NCBI RefSeq assembly: GCF_006345805.1
Contig: NC_043000.1
Coordinates: 67,208,001-67,272,000 of the forward strand
Source of the DNA: Octopus sinensis
Taxonomy: Eukaryota
Direction: 5' to 3'
DNA length: 64,000 bases
The notes below the pieces were generated by a model, which searched no databases, was not told the origin of the DNA, and worked only from the letters and a program-made list of their open reading frames with translations. Below, piece after piece: positions 40,401 to 52,140 of the stretch (its first letter is position 1; each line of letters starts with the position of its first letter). A program made the translations under genes and the position numbers.

Positions 40401-41997
40401 TTTCTGAGTTCAAATTCTGCTGAGGTCAACTTTGCCTTTGATCCTTTTGGGGTCGATTAATTTAGTACCAGTTGCATACTGGGGTTGATCTAATCAACTG
40501 GCTCCCGCCCCAAAAATTTTGGGTTTTGTGCCTAGAATAGAAAAGAATATTTAGATCTGTTATATGCTAGCCCTGTCCAGACTTCAAACTTTTCCACTAC
40601 AAATCCCTAAAAATTACACTGAAATACAAAACAAATTGCTCAGTTTCTGTGCGGTAATGCCAAAATGCTTGGACAGATCTACAGCATCCTAGAACATTAT
40701 TATATCATTCTAAAAGTAAATACTAACCATCCTATTTAGTAAAACAGTCTAACATAAAATCTAACAGAATATAAACAGGCTACATAAAAAAAACAAACAA
40801 ATAAAAAAAAAGCATTGATAAGCTCATTAGCTCCAAACACAATGCTGTGGTCCATTTAACTAGTGATAAGTGAAGAAGAAAAGCAACTGTTGTGCTTTAG
40901 TTACCATACCCTATTTTTACAATGGTCACCACTTAGAATCTTTTGACATACAATAAATGAACAAATAAATCTCTACACAGTTGCTAGACTTGCAAGATGC
41001 AACAGCCAAATATCCCTCTAATTATACCTTGTTACCTTAAAAAGAGTGGGTCAAGTGGATAATATAATGCTTGAGAGAAGGGTAGGATGGTTATGGCTGA
41101 AATGCCTTTGTTTATAAGTCTGTTCCTGGGGTTAAACAACTAGCATTCAAAAATATTTTGGGTAGTAGAAAATATGTTTGGAATATTACGTGACAAACTT
41201 CATACAATAAACCACTATTTATCAAAGTGCAAGGGTATATAGTCAAAGGAGCTTGAAATATTAGGAATAATCAGTCTGAAGATCATCACATTTAGTGATT
41301 CAACCAATTAATTATGACTCAGAGCTGACTGAGGCAAAATGACAGCAATATTGAACAGTAGAATGAAATTTAATATTGTAAGGTTGATAATGAAAATACC
41401 TAAAACATAAGTAAATTAAAACCTGATATATCTCCATGATTTTTGTATATCTTCATTTCCTTTTACTAATATTTTACATGCAACTAACTTTTCTTTATGT
41501 ATTTAGTGTTCAATCAGATTTCTTATTTTCAAATTAACAAAAAGCTAAAAATACATTTATTAGATTCATTAACAAGGTTTAAAATCTGATTATCTATTAA
41601 ACATTTCTTTGCTTTCAAATTTATTCAATGACTGACCATAATGTTTCAACAACTTCTTTCTTCTCTGTATCAAAAGGTTTCAGTTCAACCTGGTTATAAA
41701 ACCTCTGCAAATCTTGTGATTCGAGAAGAAGAATACATTGGCTCATTTACCAGTGAAACTAGCTTTCAAGGCTTGATACATGTCACATTGCGAAACAAGA
41801 AGGATCAATCTGAGATGAAAACCATGACAATTCCTGTCACTCAAGTCTTCACTGCAGAGAAAGGTTTCACATGTGACGGAGTTAGTTCCATCTTTGTCAA
41901 TACAGGAGAGTGTCGATGTCGATTTGGTATTGAGCAAAAACTAACTTTGGCTGAAGAAAAATTAGAAGAAAACGTAGAAGAAAACACAGAAGATTAA
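25709..41997 (+). CDS. Three-exon gene, join(25709..25945,28007..28216,41677..41997), 255 aa; ETX/MTX2-family aerolysin-like beta-pore-forming protein (LIN-24/glabralysin-like)
   Basis: All junctions are GT-AG and phase 0, the spliced frame is open, and an in-frame TAA (25697-25699) lies upstream of the ATG. The joined protein reads [15 protein letters not shown]|[70 protein letters not shown]|[24 protein letters not shown]...[11 protein letters not shown]. This matches the ETX/MTX2 pattern: F-x-N-x-T-x3-Q, Ser/Thr-rich strands flanking an amphipathic hairpin, and SQ-x-V-x-V-x-P. Family assigned by eye. Confidence 0.85.
26379..26761 (-). mobile_element. Complete short non-autonomous Helitron in intron 1
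   Basis: The minus strand reads A|TC...hairpin CCTGagcaacgcCGGG...CTAG|T, inserted between A and T with no TSD. Confidence 0.8.
26790..27600 (+). mobile_element. Old I/Nimb-like LINE remnant in intron 1
   Basis: Degenerate translation [12 protein letters not shown]...[26 protein letters not shown] resembles the post-RT motif of I-group LINEs. Confidence 0.5.
28007..28216 (+). CDS. Coding exon 2 of the aerolysin-like gene (70 codons, predicted insertion hairpin)
   Basis: Acceptor tttttcacaattatag ends at 28006, donor CAA|GTAAGT at 28217. 210 nt, phase 0/0, in frame with ORF 28016..28252. Confidence 0.88.
31622..32096. mobile_element. MITE/foldback element with 136-bp near-perfect terminal inverted repeats
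   Basis: 31622-31757 is the reverse complement of 31961-32096 with one mismatch seen; non-coding spacer; no clear TSD. Confidence 0.8.
32180..32635. repeat. (TATG)n/(TA)n microsatellite
   Basis: Direct inspection. Confidence 0.95.
32640..33000 (+). repeat. Long CT-rich polypyrimidine tract
   Basis: About 360 bp that is nearly all C/T on the + strand. Confidence 0.9.
33158..33195 (+). ncRNA. Minimal type I hammerhead ribozyme motif (A6U variant), sense orientation in intron 2
   Basis: TCTTT-CTGTTGA-A-GAGC(GTAG)GCTC-GAAAC-GTC-AAAGA; GUC cleavage triplet. Confidence 0.65.
33290..33696. repeat. (TA)n/(TATG)n microsatellite
   Basis: Direct inspection. Confidence 0.95.
33697..34086 (+). mobile_element. 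tRNA-derived SINE, family B (full length)
   Basis: Same head, core and tail as 24136-24530. Confidence 0.85.
34616..36830 (+). mobile_element. Penelope-like element with inverted ~230-bp terminal repeats
   Basis: RT C-terminal motif [21 protein letters not shown] and GIY-YIG motif [21 protein letters not shown]. 34616-34846 is the reverse complement of about 36600-36830. Confidence 0.8.
36390..36473 (+). ncRNA. Decayed hammerhead motif with extended stem II
   Basis: CATC-CTGATGA-GTGGGG-TCATTGCC...TTCAAT(gta)ATTGAA...GGCAATGA-..CCC-AAAA...GATG; the GAAA box is mutated. Confidence 0.5.
37257..37476 (+). mobile_element. tRNA-derived SINE, family A
   Basis: ggtggcaagttggcaaaattgttagc...gagttcaaattccgc...tttgcctttcatcc. 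Confidence 0.8.
39700..40280 (+). mobile_element. Highly decayed LINE RT remnant
   Basis: [11 protein letters not shown] (YADD-like) near 40060 and a YKFL-like motif downstream. Confidence 0.4.
40335..40551 (+). mobile_element. tRNA-derived SINE, family A
   Basis: gcagtgagctggcagaaacgttagc...gagttcaaattctgctgaggtcaactttgcc. Confidence 0.8.
41677..41997 (+). CDS. Terminal coding exon 3 of the aerolysin-like gene (106 codons + TAA)
   Basis: Polypyrimidine acceptor cttctttcttctctgtatcaaaag ends at 41676. The frame [20 protein letters not shown] continues the exon-2 motif VDSQ. Stop TAA at 41995-41997. Confidence 0.85.
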   Translation, partial: VSVQPGYKTSANLVIREEEYIGSFTSETSFQGLIHVTLRNKKDQSEMKTMTIPVTQVFTAEKGFTCDGVSSIFVNTGECRCRFGIEQKLTLAEEKLEENVEENTED

Positions 41998-42538
41998 ACA
42001 CTGCTTTTATTCTAAAATGAAAACTGCCATTTGCATATATCCCAACTTGGTGTCATATTCATTGGTTGCTATTTGAAAGCAATCATTTAAAGTATTAATC
42101 ATTTAATATGAAGCCTATACATAACCACAGTATATAATAAGAAAAAAAGAAGCCTATTGTCCATTTTTTTTTGTTTATTTTATCTTTACTATAGAATCAA
42201 AAGATAAATGCACAAATGTATTTAGTTACATTGTGGCAGAGTTGGTTGACAACATTCATCAAGCTTAAAATAGATTTATAATCCAGTTGAAGAGAAGATG
42301 ATACTTATTGAAATCTTTATTCCCCAAATTATGGAGCTTTTTTGAATTACTAACAATATTTCTTTTTAAATATTAGAAGAGCATTTATAATATTTACACA
42401 TTTTATAATTTCTAAAAAAAAATTTTATGAGCTGTTAAAGAATCCCTCACTGATTTGCTTTGGAATTATAGAAGAAAAAAACCAATTTCACAATGAGTGA
42501 ATGCCAGCCAGATAAAAATTATTTGCTATAATCATCTA

Positions 42539-42544
42539 AATAAA
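42539..42544 (+). terminator. Candidate polyadenylation signal AATAAA for the aerolysin-like gene
   Basis: First AATAAA I found about 540 nt after the stop, followed by a T/GT-rich tract. The background is AT-rich, so a chance match is possible. Confidence 0.3.
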
Positions 42545-44372
42545 AGATCACTAATTTATTTAGTGTGTAAAATATTCATCAGCATTGTTCTCCTCCTTCT
42601 CTTACTTCAAAGCATACATATTCACCATAAAACAAAGCAAAATTTGTTGAGCATTGTACCAAGATAAAAGTTACAACCTATTGTACATTCCATGTTCTGA
42701 TCTACATAAGCAGTCATAATTTAACCTTAGGGTGGAAGAACTATTTATTTAGAAAGACTAAAATTTTCTAAAGACAGCATTTTTAGAGTTAGATGGGTCT
42801 TACAAAGAATAAGATTAAAATAAGCAGAGATAGAAATATTCTCCGTTTGAGAATTGTCCAAGTTAATATGACTGGACCTGTAGAAGTTGAGATTTTAAAA
42901 CCCTATTTGAAATCATTGAAGAATGATCAAGAAGTTGGGTATGGATGGGTAAGTCTGAAGAGATATATGAATAGGAATGGTTAATATAACAGAAAATTTT
43001 GGTTTTTTATATATTGATCTTTATTATTTTGTTAAATTTTAAACATGACTCAAGTTCAGTATTTTAGGATGATTTTGGAAGGAAGCGTACAAATTAGAAA
43101 CAAGTGATGTAGTTGAGAGTTATTTGAAGGGGTCTTATATTTTTAAAGGAAAATTGTGCTAAATTAAAGGTTTGTGTGGAAGTGTTGAAGTAACAATAGT
43201 TTTAAAGAGATGAACTTGCAACTTTTAGTTGTAAATTTGAGAATGAAATCAACTAAAGAGTTGTTGCAAACATTTTTCTCACTTTCCAGGTGCAAGATTT
43301 GAGTCTTTTAAAGTAAAGAAGTCATATTTTGGTCAAAGGCTGACCTTATAGTTGTAGATTTCCATAGTTGTAGATTTTATTAGATGAAATCTTCCTCAAC
43401 AGTAGCACTTGCCAGACTATGGTTTTGTGCAGTGTCCTACATGGAATGAAGGATCCTAATGTGGTATGCCTGCACCCTCTGGTAGGGCACAAAATGGTTT
43501 CCAGCTTGTGTAACAAAGTGGGGATATATTATTTATCAAAATCACCTTTAAGAATAAAATTATGAAGTAATTCTTAAAGATAATTTTTTTTCTCTACAGT
43601 ATGCAAAGAACTTTGTTATTCCAAAGTACTGAGTGTTTAAGTTAAAGGAAATTAACTAGTTATTAAAAGATTAACTTTTTCATCTTCAAATGTGATATTA
43701 ATTTTGTAGATGCAAGAAGGTTAATTTCCTAGTGATCTGATGAATAGAAAAGGTTGGGAACAACTGACTATTAAGAAACCTTATTTCAACAGCTACCTTA
43801 TTTCAACAGATATTATTTTACAGAAACAAGGATTGTGAATGAGATTAAATGGTAGTGCCTGAAACCTGCAAGGGTGTGAAGGCTCATCCCAGATAGTAGA
43901 ACCAGACTAAATTCTTTGTATCCTTTAGCTGCATTCCTTTGTGGGTTTAAATATTAACTTTGTGGGCTTAAATATCAAATATTTAATATTAACCCTTAAA
44001 TGGCAGACATCATCAATTGTTGCTTCATTTGAGGACAGCAAACATCATCAATTGAAATACATTAGCACAATGTAGGAATCTCAAATGAATTTATGCTGAA
44101 TGCAAAGCAAAGTGAATATTTTATGGCACTTTTTGATGATGAGATTGTAAATTTTATTGTGAGAGATGAACAATTATAGTCTTTGTACTTAAAGTGAAAA
44201 TAAGTATAAAAATTACCCTTAAGAAAAAAGGATTTTGTGTTTTTTGCCCATTTGGCACATATATTCATGCAGCTCTTTCCTACTATTTAGGATTGATAAT
44301 GTGTCTTACTCCACTGGAATAAATATGATAAGTATCGGTTATATACAAGGGATGAAATCCTCACTTTATTTA

Positions 44373-44746
44373 AGCACAGGCATGGCTGTGTGGTAAGAAG
44401 CTTGTTTCTCAGTCACATTGCATGGCACCTTGGGCAAAGGTCTTCTATAACTTCAGGCTGACCAAAGCCTTGTGAGTGGATTTGGCAGATGGAAAGTGAA
44501 AGAAGCTTGTCATACGTATATCTATGTGTGTCTTTGTGTCTGTGTTTGTCCCTACCCACACAGCTACTTGATGACCAGTGGTCGTGTGTTTATATCCCCA
44601 TAATTTAGTTGTTCAGCAAAAGAGACCAATTAAATAATTACCAAGCTTTAAGAAAAAAAAAAGTTCTCGGTTCAAGACATTCAACTAAAAATTCAAGGCA
44701 GTGCTCTCAGCATGGATGCAGTCTAACAATTGAAACAAGTAAAAGG
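44373..44746 (+). mobile_element. tRNA-derived SINE, family B (diverged)
   Basis: catggctgtgtggtaagaagcttg...gaccaaagccttgtgagtggatttgg...gaaacaagtaaaag. Confidence 0.8.
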
Positions 44747-45469
44747 TAGAAGATAAAATATATAGAAACTTATGAAGAAAATTATTTCTTTTCAATGAAA
44801 ATTTAGAAACATACCAGGAAATATGAGGAAAGGAAAACAATGTAGGGTGGGGTTGTGAGCTTGAAGGTGACTAAATACGAGAAAAATAAAAATAAATTAT
44901 GGGTGAAAAAATATTAATACCATTCTCTGACTGAAATTGGTATCTCTATATACATTCATGTGTCTAAAATAGCATAACATAAATATTTAATTTCCTATAC
45001 TGATGAAATAAATAATATTTTTTATGATCAGACATATACATCAATGATTAATTCAGTTTTTCTCAAAAGATCTGGTACCTATCTCTGATGGTTATGTGTA
45101 CTGCCAGAAACACAATGAAATAAATATTGTTTGAACTCAAGATTAATAGTAAAGATATACCATATTCATACACAATTATTTCACAATTACTTTCTTAATT
45201 AATATCTATAATACATGTCTGTACACATCTAGTGGATTTGCAGAATCATTTGGGATTTAAAGAAGGTGCCTTCTGGAATTTTGTTATATCTCTTTATGTA
45301 ATGCTAGAAGAAACTATGCCTTAAAACAATATGGAGTTGATATTAACATCTACTTTCTCTATCTAAAATTCGTGGCTTCTTGCTTTTGCTAAAAATTACT
45401 CTGCATTTGAATATTCATGCTGACACATAAATAAACACACATTCACAAAGGTATGTATACATATGCATA

Positions 45470-46131
45470 AAAGGATAAAACCCCCTTTAGTCATGAATGA
45501 TCATGGGATTACACCTAGAAAGTTCCCCTCCAAGGTACAAGTCCAGGCAAGGTCGTTTATGGAAGACCAGCTGTTGTCCAAGCATACCAGCCTCTCCTCT
45601 CCATGCCACCGATGTTATCCAAGGGAAAGGCAATGGCTGATACAGCTTGGTACCACTACAGCTGAGTGAACTGGAGCAACATGAAATAGAGTGTCTTGCT
45701 CAAGAACACAACACACAGCCTGGTACAGGAATTGAATTCACTACCTCATGATTGTGAACCCAACACTTTTATCCAGTGTTTTCCAACAGAGGTTTCCTGG
45801 AATCCAAAGGTTCCAAAAAAGATTCCTAGGGGATCCATGAGAAAGCATGAGAAAAGCTAATGCTAATTTCATGATCAAAATATTACTATACAAGCACAAA
45901 ATTTTGGTTATTGAAATATGGACATCATCCTATCTAACCTATTATGTTATCAAAAAAATACAACATATATATATGATATTTACCACATGAACTATGATGG
46001 AAAAAATATGAGAAAGATATGGTGTATAATTTTTGTGCAGGGGTTCCTTGAGACATGTAATTTGTTTTAAGGGTTATACAAGGATAAAAATGTTGAGAAA
46101 AACTGCTCTAACCACTGATCCATGTGCCTTC
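45470..46131 (-). mobile_element. tRNA-derived SINE, family C, split by a hAT MITE
   Basis: Minus-strand head with cttgagcaagacact core; the head resumes at 46106 (ctctaaccactgatccatgtgccttc). Confidence 0.6.
45774..46105. mobile_element. Charlie/Buster-type hAT MITE
   Basis: TIRs CAGTGTTTTCCAAC / rc CAGTTTTTCTCAAC; decayed 8-bp TSD CTTTTATC/CTCTAACC. Confidence 0.65.
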
Positions 46132-46164
46132 ATTATACATATACATACATCCATATATATATAT

Positions 46165-46610
46165 ATCATCATCATCATCATTTAATATTTCCATGGGTTG
46201 GACAGCTTGACATAAACTGGCATGGCCAAGGGGGTTGCATCAGGTTCCATAGTCTGTTTTTGGTTTGGTTTCTACAGCTGGATGCCCTTCCTAACACTAA
46301 CCACTTTACAGGAGTCTACTTGGTGCTTTTTACATGGCATCAGCAACAGTGCTTTTTACATGGTACCAGCACCATATATATCCTTGTTTTAATGTCCACT
46401 TTTTGCTGCTTGCATGGGTTGGGTAGAATTCATTGAGTCAGATTTCCAATGCACGGATGTTTTTTCTGTTACCAACACTCACTTGTTTCCTAGTGAGGTA
46501 ATATTTCACCATGATCAGACATGTTTACAGGGAAGTTTGGAAATAGATGACATAGCTTGTTTGATAGTGCTGTTCATTTACAGCTATCACACAATGTCAA
46601 GACACATGTG
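46165..46610 (-). mobile_element. RTE-type LINE/SINE 3' tail
   Basis: (CAT)n tail and the ggatgcccttcctaac motif typical of RTE 3' ends; a related segment lies at 62730-63005. Confidence 0.5.
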
Positions 46611-46679
46611 CACACACACACATACGGCTATACAGTATGGTAGGGTCAGTTTGGCACTTTTTTAAAAAGAAAAACCAGC

Positions 46680-47388
46680 ACCATGACGCAATTCACTCAG
46701 CCAAAAGTTTGGAAACTGCATGCTGTATTGCTTGGCATTCGCACTGGAAGCTCTAATTCGAACATTCTAGAGTGTTTGGGTCAATCTGAGGACATGTACC
46801 GAAAGTGATAAAAAGCAATCATCCAGTCAATATCATGGTGTTTGGAGTGATCACTAGTGATGGCGACATTATGCCTCCATTCATCTTCTCACACGGCCTC
46901 AGACTCAACACGGAGGCCTACATCAGTGCCTGGAGGAGGTAATGCTGCCCTGGGTCAAGAGGGTGGCTGCTGGAAGACCCTATGTCTGGCAACAGGACTC
47001 TGCACCATGCCACACAAACAGGAGAACCCAGTCATGGCTGTCAGACTATTTCTTCGACCACATCACCCCTAACATCTGGCCACCTCACTCCCCAGACTGC
47101 AACCCCTTGATTATCATGTGTGGGGTGCAGTTGAGCGAGAGATCTACAAAACTCCATCTAACACCAAAGATAAACTGAAGGCAAGGATTATGGCAGCATT
47201 CACCAACTTAAACAAGACCGTCCAAAAGAATTGCAAGAGAAGCCGATGGCGATTTCATTGAATAAATTTACTCTTTAGTATTTCAAGATATTTTAATGAA
47301 ATTTTGGTAAATATATTTGTTAAAATGAGTTGTCAGTGTTATTTTCATTTTTGCATAGTTTAGACGACACTTTATTCATCGCACCCTG
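46680..47388 (+). mobile_element. Internally deleted maT-type (DD37D) Tc1/mariner transposon
   Basis: VWQQDSAPCH...WPPHSPDCNPL(D) with 37 residues between the aspartates (frameshifted at the last D); right TIR gacactttattcatcgcaccctg|TA. Confidence 0.8.
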
Positions 47389-47466
47389 TATATGTGTGTG
47401 TAAATTTATAAATATATGCACGTATGTTTGGAGTTGTGTATATATTTCTCTCACTCTCTTTCCCTC

Positions 47467-47503
<37 letters not shown>

Positions 47504-47940
47504 GTGACAGACATTAGAGGAAACTTGAATTAAGTGCTGAGTGCCATTATAGTTCTGAATGAAAAAAAAGTTGAACGATATAAATAAATGTGCTACAGAT
47601 ATTTTCAGCTTGAATCTACTTCCAACAAGAATAGATTTAATATCAGGAATGTTCATGAGATAGAAGCAAGGTTACAAGCCTACTCCATAAGGAAAACGTT
47701 ATAAAACAAATGAGAGAGAGAGAATTGTAGTTGTGATAGTTACAAAGTTTTTTTTTATATTTCTGTATAAACTGAATAAGCAAGAATAGATATTGATTGT
47801 TCAATATATGGCAGTAATCTGTGAAAAAACATTGGATTCAACGATGATAGAACAAGAATCTGATACATGTGGATCATGACAATGAGTCAGATATAAAAGT
47901 ATTGTAGGCAGTGTGTATGTAATCTATATATATATATAAT

Positions 47941-47995
<55 letters not shown>

Positions 47996-48039
47996 CAATA
48001 CGCATTATTACATCGCTATATACATTTGTAAGCACATAC

Positions 48040-49265
48040 ACGCACGTAACTCCAATGAACTCCCACACTGCATCAACAAAGAATTCGTAATCGAAGGGCT
48101 AAAATCCATCTCGGAAAATAACTTCTTCGTATTAAATGACAACTTCCATCGACAAAAATCGGAGACTGCGATGGGTACAAGAATGGGCCCCATCCTTTGC
48201 TAACCTAGTCAGGGGGTACCTAGAAATCACTCTTTACTGAAAGGTACTAGAAAAATACGAAAACTCATTCTCCCTTTACATAGAAAATAACTGGAAGAGA
48301 TATCCAGATGACTGCTTAATTCTTTGGCATGAAAGTATAGAGATTCTTAAAGAATTTCAGGCACTTCTAAATGGACTTAACATAAACATTCAATGCACGA
48401 TGGAATAAAACCATCTACAACTTCTATTTCTTGACATCTTCATTAAGAAATCAAGCAGCAAATTAGAAACAGATATACTATAAGCCCGCAGACTCTAAGC
48501 AATATCTATCGTTCAACTCATGCCACCCCAGATACACTACAATGAATATCCCTTTCAACCTGACAAAAAGGATTTGCACTATAGTATCTGATACAAGCAC
48601 CAGGGACACACGACTACACGAGCTAGAGGATACACTCATCAGCAGGAATTACTCAACATCACTAATTGATATAGGTTTTCAACGTGCCCTACAACTCAAC
48701 ATCCACAAACTCAGACATCCCAAATTAAAGAATGAATTACAACCAAAAGCCCTACCATGCATATTCACAGACAAACCTCTAAACAATGAGGCCTTCGACA
48801 CCATTCTCCAGTACATTCCTTTACTAAAAAGGGACCATAAAATCAATTAAATCCTCCAAACACACACCATCATAAAGAGCAAAAGACAACCCAAGTCAAT
48901 AAAAAGTATTCGAACACAAGCTCAAGTACACTCGTCAACAACATCGAAACCGACAGTAAAAAAAAATGCGGAAGACCTAACTGTGGTATATATGTCAATC
49001 AAATTGATAGATCGGAGTCAAAGTTTTACAGTGAAAAACTTCACATCTGCTTCGGAAAACCTGATATACGTGTTAACTTACTCAGGGTGTCGAGAGCAAT
49101 ACATTGGTCAAACTAAAAACAGTCTGCGCCAGAGCATGACTGCACATAGATCCCAGATGAAAATATCGGAATACAGGAAAAATAGTATTAAGTGAACACA
49201 ACGATATCTGCGCTACTAATGAAAACTTTCCAATTTTACCGTCTATAAATTTAGGGGCACATATC
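48040..49265 (+). mobile_element. Penelope-like element (RT core to GIY-YIG), frameshifted
   Basis: ENNFFVLNDNFHRQKSETAMGTRMGP, RYPDDCLILW-like segment, NIPFNLTKRICTIVSD, and LIYVLTYSGCREQYIGQTKNSLRQ. Confidence 0.85.
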
Positions 49266-49314
49266 AGAACTGTGTGTGTATGTGTGTAGATATATGTATA
49301 GATATATGTATATA

Positions 49315-49416
<102 letters not shown>

Positions 49417-49479
49417 TAGATAGATAAATAGATAGATAGCTATATATAAATATATATATAGATACAAATAAAGAAAATG

Positions 49480-49805
49480 ACTTGCTCGCAGGCACGCAAC
49501 ATAGTTTCCCGTCCTGAACGGAGCTGCCTAACACAGCTACTACAAAACTTCGACTGGGTGCTAAAACCATTCAAATGTGAATAATATGATATATCTCGAC
49601 TTTGCCAAGGCGTTTGCCTAAGTCGATCATGATATGATATGACACAAATTGCGTGACTTCGAGATCGTTGGTAGACTGGGAGAGTAGCTGCATGATTTCC
49701 TACGGGGCAGAAATCAACCTGTCACAGCAAATGGTGCTCTATTTGAAGTGACACCAATCTTGAGTGAAGTCCCCAGGGAACAGTGCTGGGTCCACTAATG
49801 TTTGT
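49480..49805 (+). mobile_element. CR1-like LINE RT fragment
   Basis: Degenerate IYLDFAKAF..VDH and VPQGTVLGPLMF motifs. Confidence 0.7.
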
Positions 49806-50030
49806 GTTAATATTTAGCCCTAAATTAATGATAAGTCTAAAGAAATTTTTCCTATGCCTTTCTAACTGTATTTTACTAGTTCTGTCTAGAAAAAACAAGG
49901 CGTCATCCTTATATACACACCCTGTTACTTCAGGAAACGAAGACTGAATTAATGAAAGGATATATAATACGACTAGATCACTGTCCTGAGCAGAATCGTA
50001 TGAGCCCATTGCTATATCAAACGATTTTTC
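49805..50030 (-). mobile_element. Penelope-like RT fragment
   Basis: MGSYDSAQDSDLVVLYIL...VYKDDALFFL. Confidence 0.7.
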
Positions 50031-50259
50031 CTATCTAACCTACTGCATAATGTACCATCAAAATCTACTAAAGTGGCTCGCACAACAAGAATAATATCTA
50101 TTTCGCGTCGTGAAAAATCGGAATTTTGCATGCTAAAAATCAGGGCTTGATTAAAAACAATCGTGTTTATAGCGCGATAGTAGCTCTATATATCAAGTTG
50201 CTAGAATTTACTAGTTTTATTAATATACATATATAAATATAAAAGTGTATATATATATA

Positions 50260-50312
<53 letters not shown>

Positions 50313-50600
50313 AATCTATATAAATATATATATAAATATATATATAAATAAATATATATTATATATATATTTATATAGATTTACATATATATATATGTAA
50401 ATCTAAATAAATATATATATAAATAAATATACATAAATATATGTGTAATATATATACATACATATATATGTATAAATATATGTATATATATATAGAGATT
50501 TATATATATGTATTTATATTTATATATGTTGAAATATATATCAATAATTATATATAAAATATATATGTATATATAAATAAACGTATATATATAAATATAA

Positions 50601-50659
<59 letters not shown>

Positions 50660-50762
50660 TATTTACATAGGTAATCCAAACATGAACAAAGAGAAAACAA
50701 CAAGCAAGGACGTGGAACAAGTATAGTTATTGGACGCTCAGGAAAGGAAAGAAAGAAGGAGG

Positions 50763-50797
50763 ATTTAATGTTTTTAGCGGAGCTCTTCGTCAGAAAT
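50763..50797 (-). ncRNA. Decayed hammerhead motif with canonical CTGACGA core
   Basis: ATTT-CTGACGA-A-GAGC(TCC)GCTA-AAAAC-ATT-AAAT; the GAAA box has decayed. A half copy lies at about 51828-51846. Confidence 0.45.
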
Positions 50798-50939
50798 ATA
50801 GAAAAAGGAAAGGTTCAAGGAAGGGTACACGAAGAAAATCGCCAACGGTTATTATATTTTATTCATTTTTTCATTTTCATTTTATCTAGTTTCAGCTCAC
50901 GAGCTGTGACCACACTGGGGCACCGCCATTCGGTGTTGC

Positions 50940-51540
50940 TACATGATTTTACTTCACGAATGCTTTTTAGCAATTGACATTTGGTGCATGAGAGAGTTTG
51001 ATGCAGCTGCCCTCATCTGCACCTCCTGCCGTGAAAATGGTTCATCTGGGACACCTGACAGGAAGAGATCCAGTTTTATTCTAAAGACATCTGTATCCAC
51101 CCCATGCAGGTCTCTCTGGTCCTTCGGAAGGATATTGAAGAGCTGTGGACCTCTGAAGCCCAGGCTATCACAGTATCTTGTCCTACAACTTGATGGCAAA
51201 TTTGGAGTCCTTGGCACTATGCAGTGGCGTCCGGTTCTTGTATTTGTGTAACTCTCGATGCCAAAATTTGGGACAAGTCCTTCCAGGATCTTCCAGATGT
51301 ATATTATGGCATATCTTTCTCGCCTACGCTCTAAGGAATAGAGTTTTAATCTCTTGAGTCTTTCCCAATAGCTTATATGCTGCACAGAGGCTATCTTCTT
51401 CGTGTAGCTTCGTTGGATCGCCTCAAGTTCTGTGATTAATTTGACACTGGTTGGTGACCATAGCTGAGAGCAATAGTCAAAGTGGCTTAGGACAAGTGTC
51501 CTCCAGAGGACCATCATGGTTTCCTGGTCCCTTGTTCTAA
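50940..51540 (-). mobile_element. CR1-like LINE 3' fragment
   Basis: LSHFDYCSQLWSP...LEAIQRSYTKKI...YWERLKRLKLYSLERRRERY. Confidence 0.85.
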
Positions 51541-51955
51541 ATATATAAATAAATATATATATAAATATATAAATATAAATATATAAATAAATGTATATAT
51601 GAATGTATAAGTATAATTATATAGTAAAAAATATATATATATACATAAATATATATGTATAATTATATATAAATATATACATACATAAATATATGTATAT
51701 TTAAACATATATATATATATAAATATATATGTATATATAGTTAATCCAAACAAGAAAGCACAAAAAAAAACACAATTACGCGAGGACGTGGAACAAATAT
51801 AGTATTATTGGACGCTCAGGAAAGAAGGAAGCTCTTCGTCGGAAACATAGGAAAGGAAAGATCCAGAGAAGGGAAGACAGAGGAAAAGAAAGGAAGACAG
51901 AGGGAAAAAATCGCCAACGGTACACACGCGGTCACATTTTGAATAAAGATATATA

Positions 51956-52001
<46 letters not shown>

Positions 52002-52018
52002 TATACATATATATATAT

Positions 52019-52114
<96 letters not shown>

Positions 52115-52140
52115 AAATATGTATATACATAAATGTCTTC

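Noticed and set aside
41677-41683. Alternative acceptor gtttcag at 41683
   Set aside because: It would shift the frame relative to the phase-0 donor at 28217 and delete the conserved V-x-V.
41641-41997. Stand-alone 118-aa ORF starting at ATG 41641
   Set aside because: The first 12 codons are a polypyrimidine tract ending in AG at 41676. The remainder continues the exon-2 motif, so it is a terminal exon.
25709-41997. Bacterial contamination or very recent horizontal transfer as the source of the toxin-like gene
   Set aside because: It has spliceosomal introns filled with host SINEs, Helitrons and Penelope elements and an AT-rich composition like the host. An ancient transfer cannot be tested without a phylogeny.
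42780-43000. ORF 42793..42984 as an extra exon of the toxin-like gene
   Set aside because: It lies beyond the stop codon, and the minus strand resembles a decayed LINE endonuclease; too weak to annotate.
49480-51540. CR1 fragments in opposite orientation as a twin-priming inversion
   Set aside because: The inverted piece lies on the 3' side of the minus-strand fragment, which is the wrong geometry. Independent insertions or a later rearrangement are more likely.
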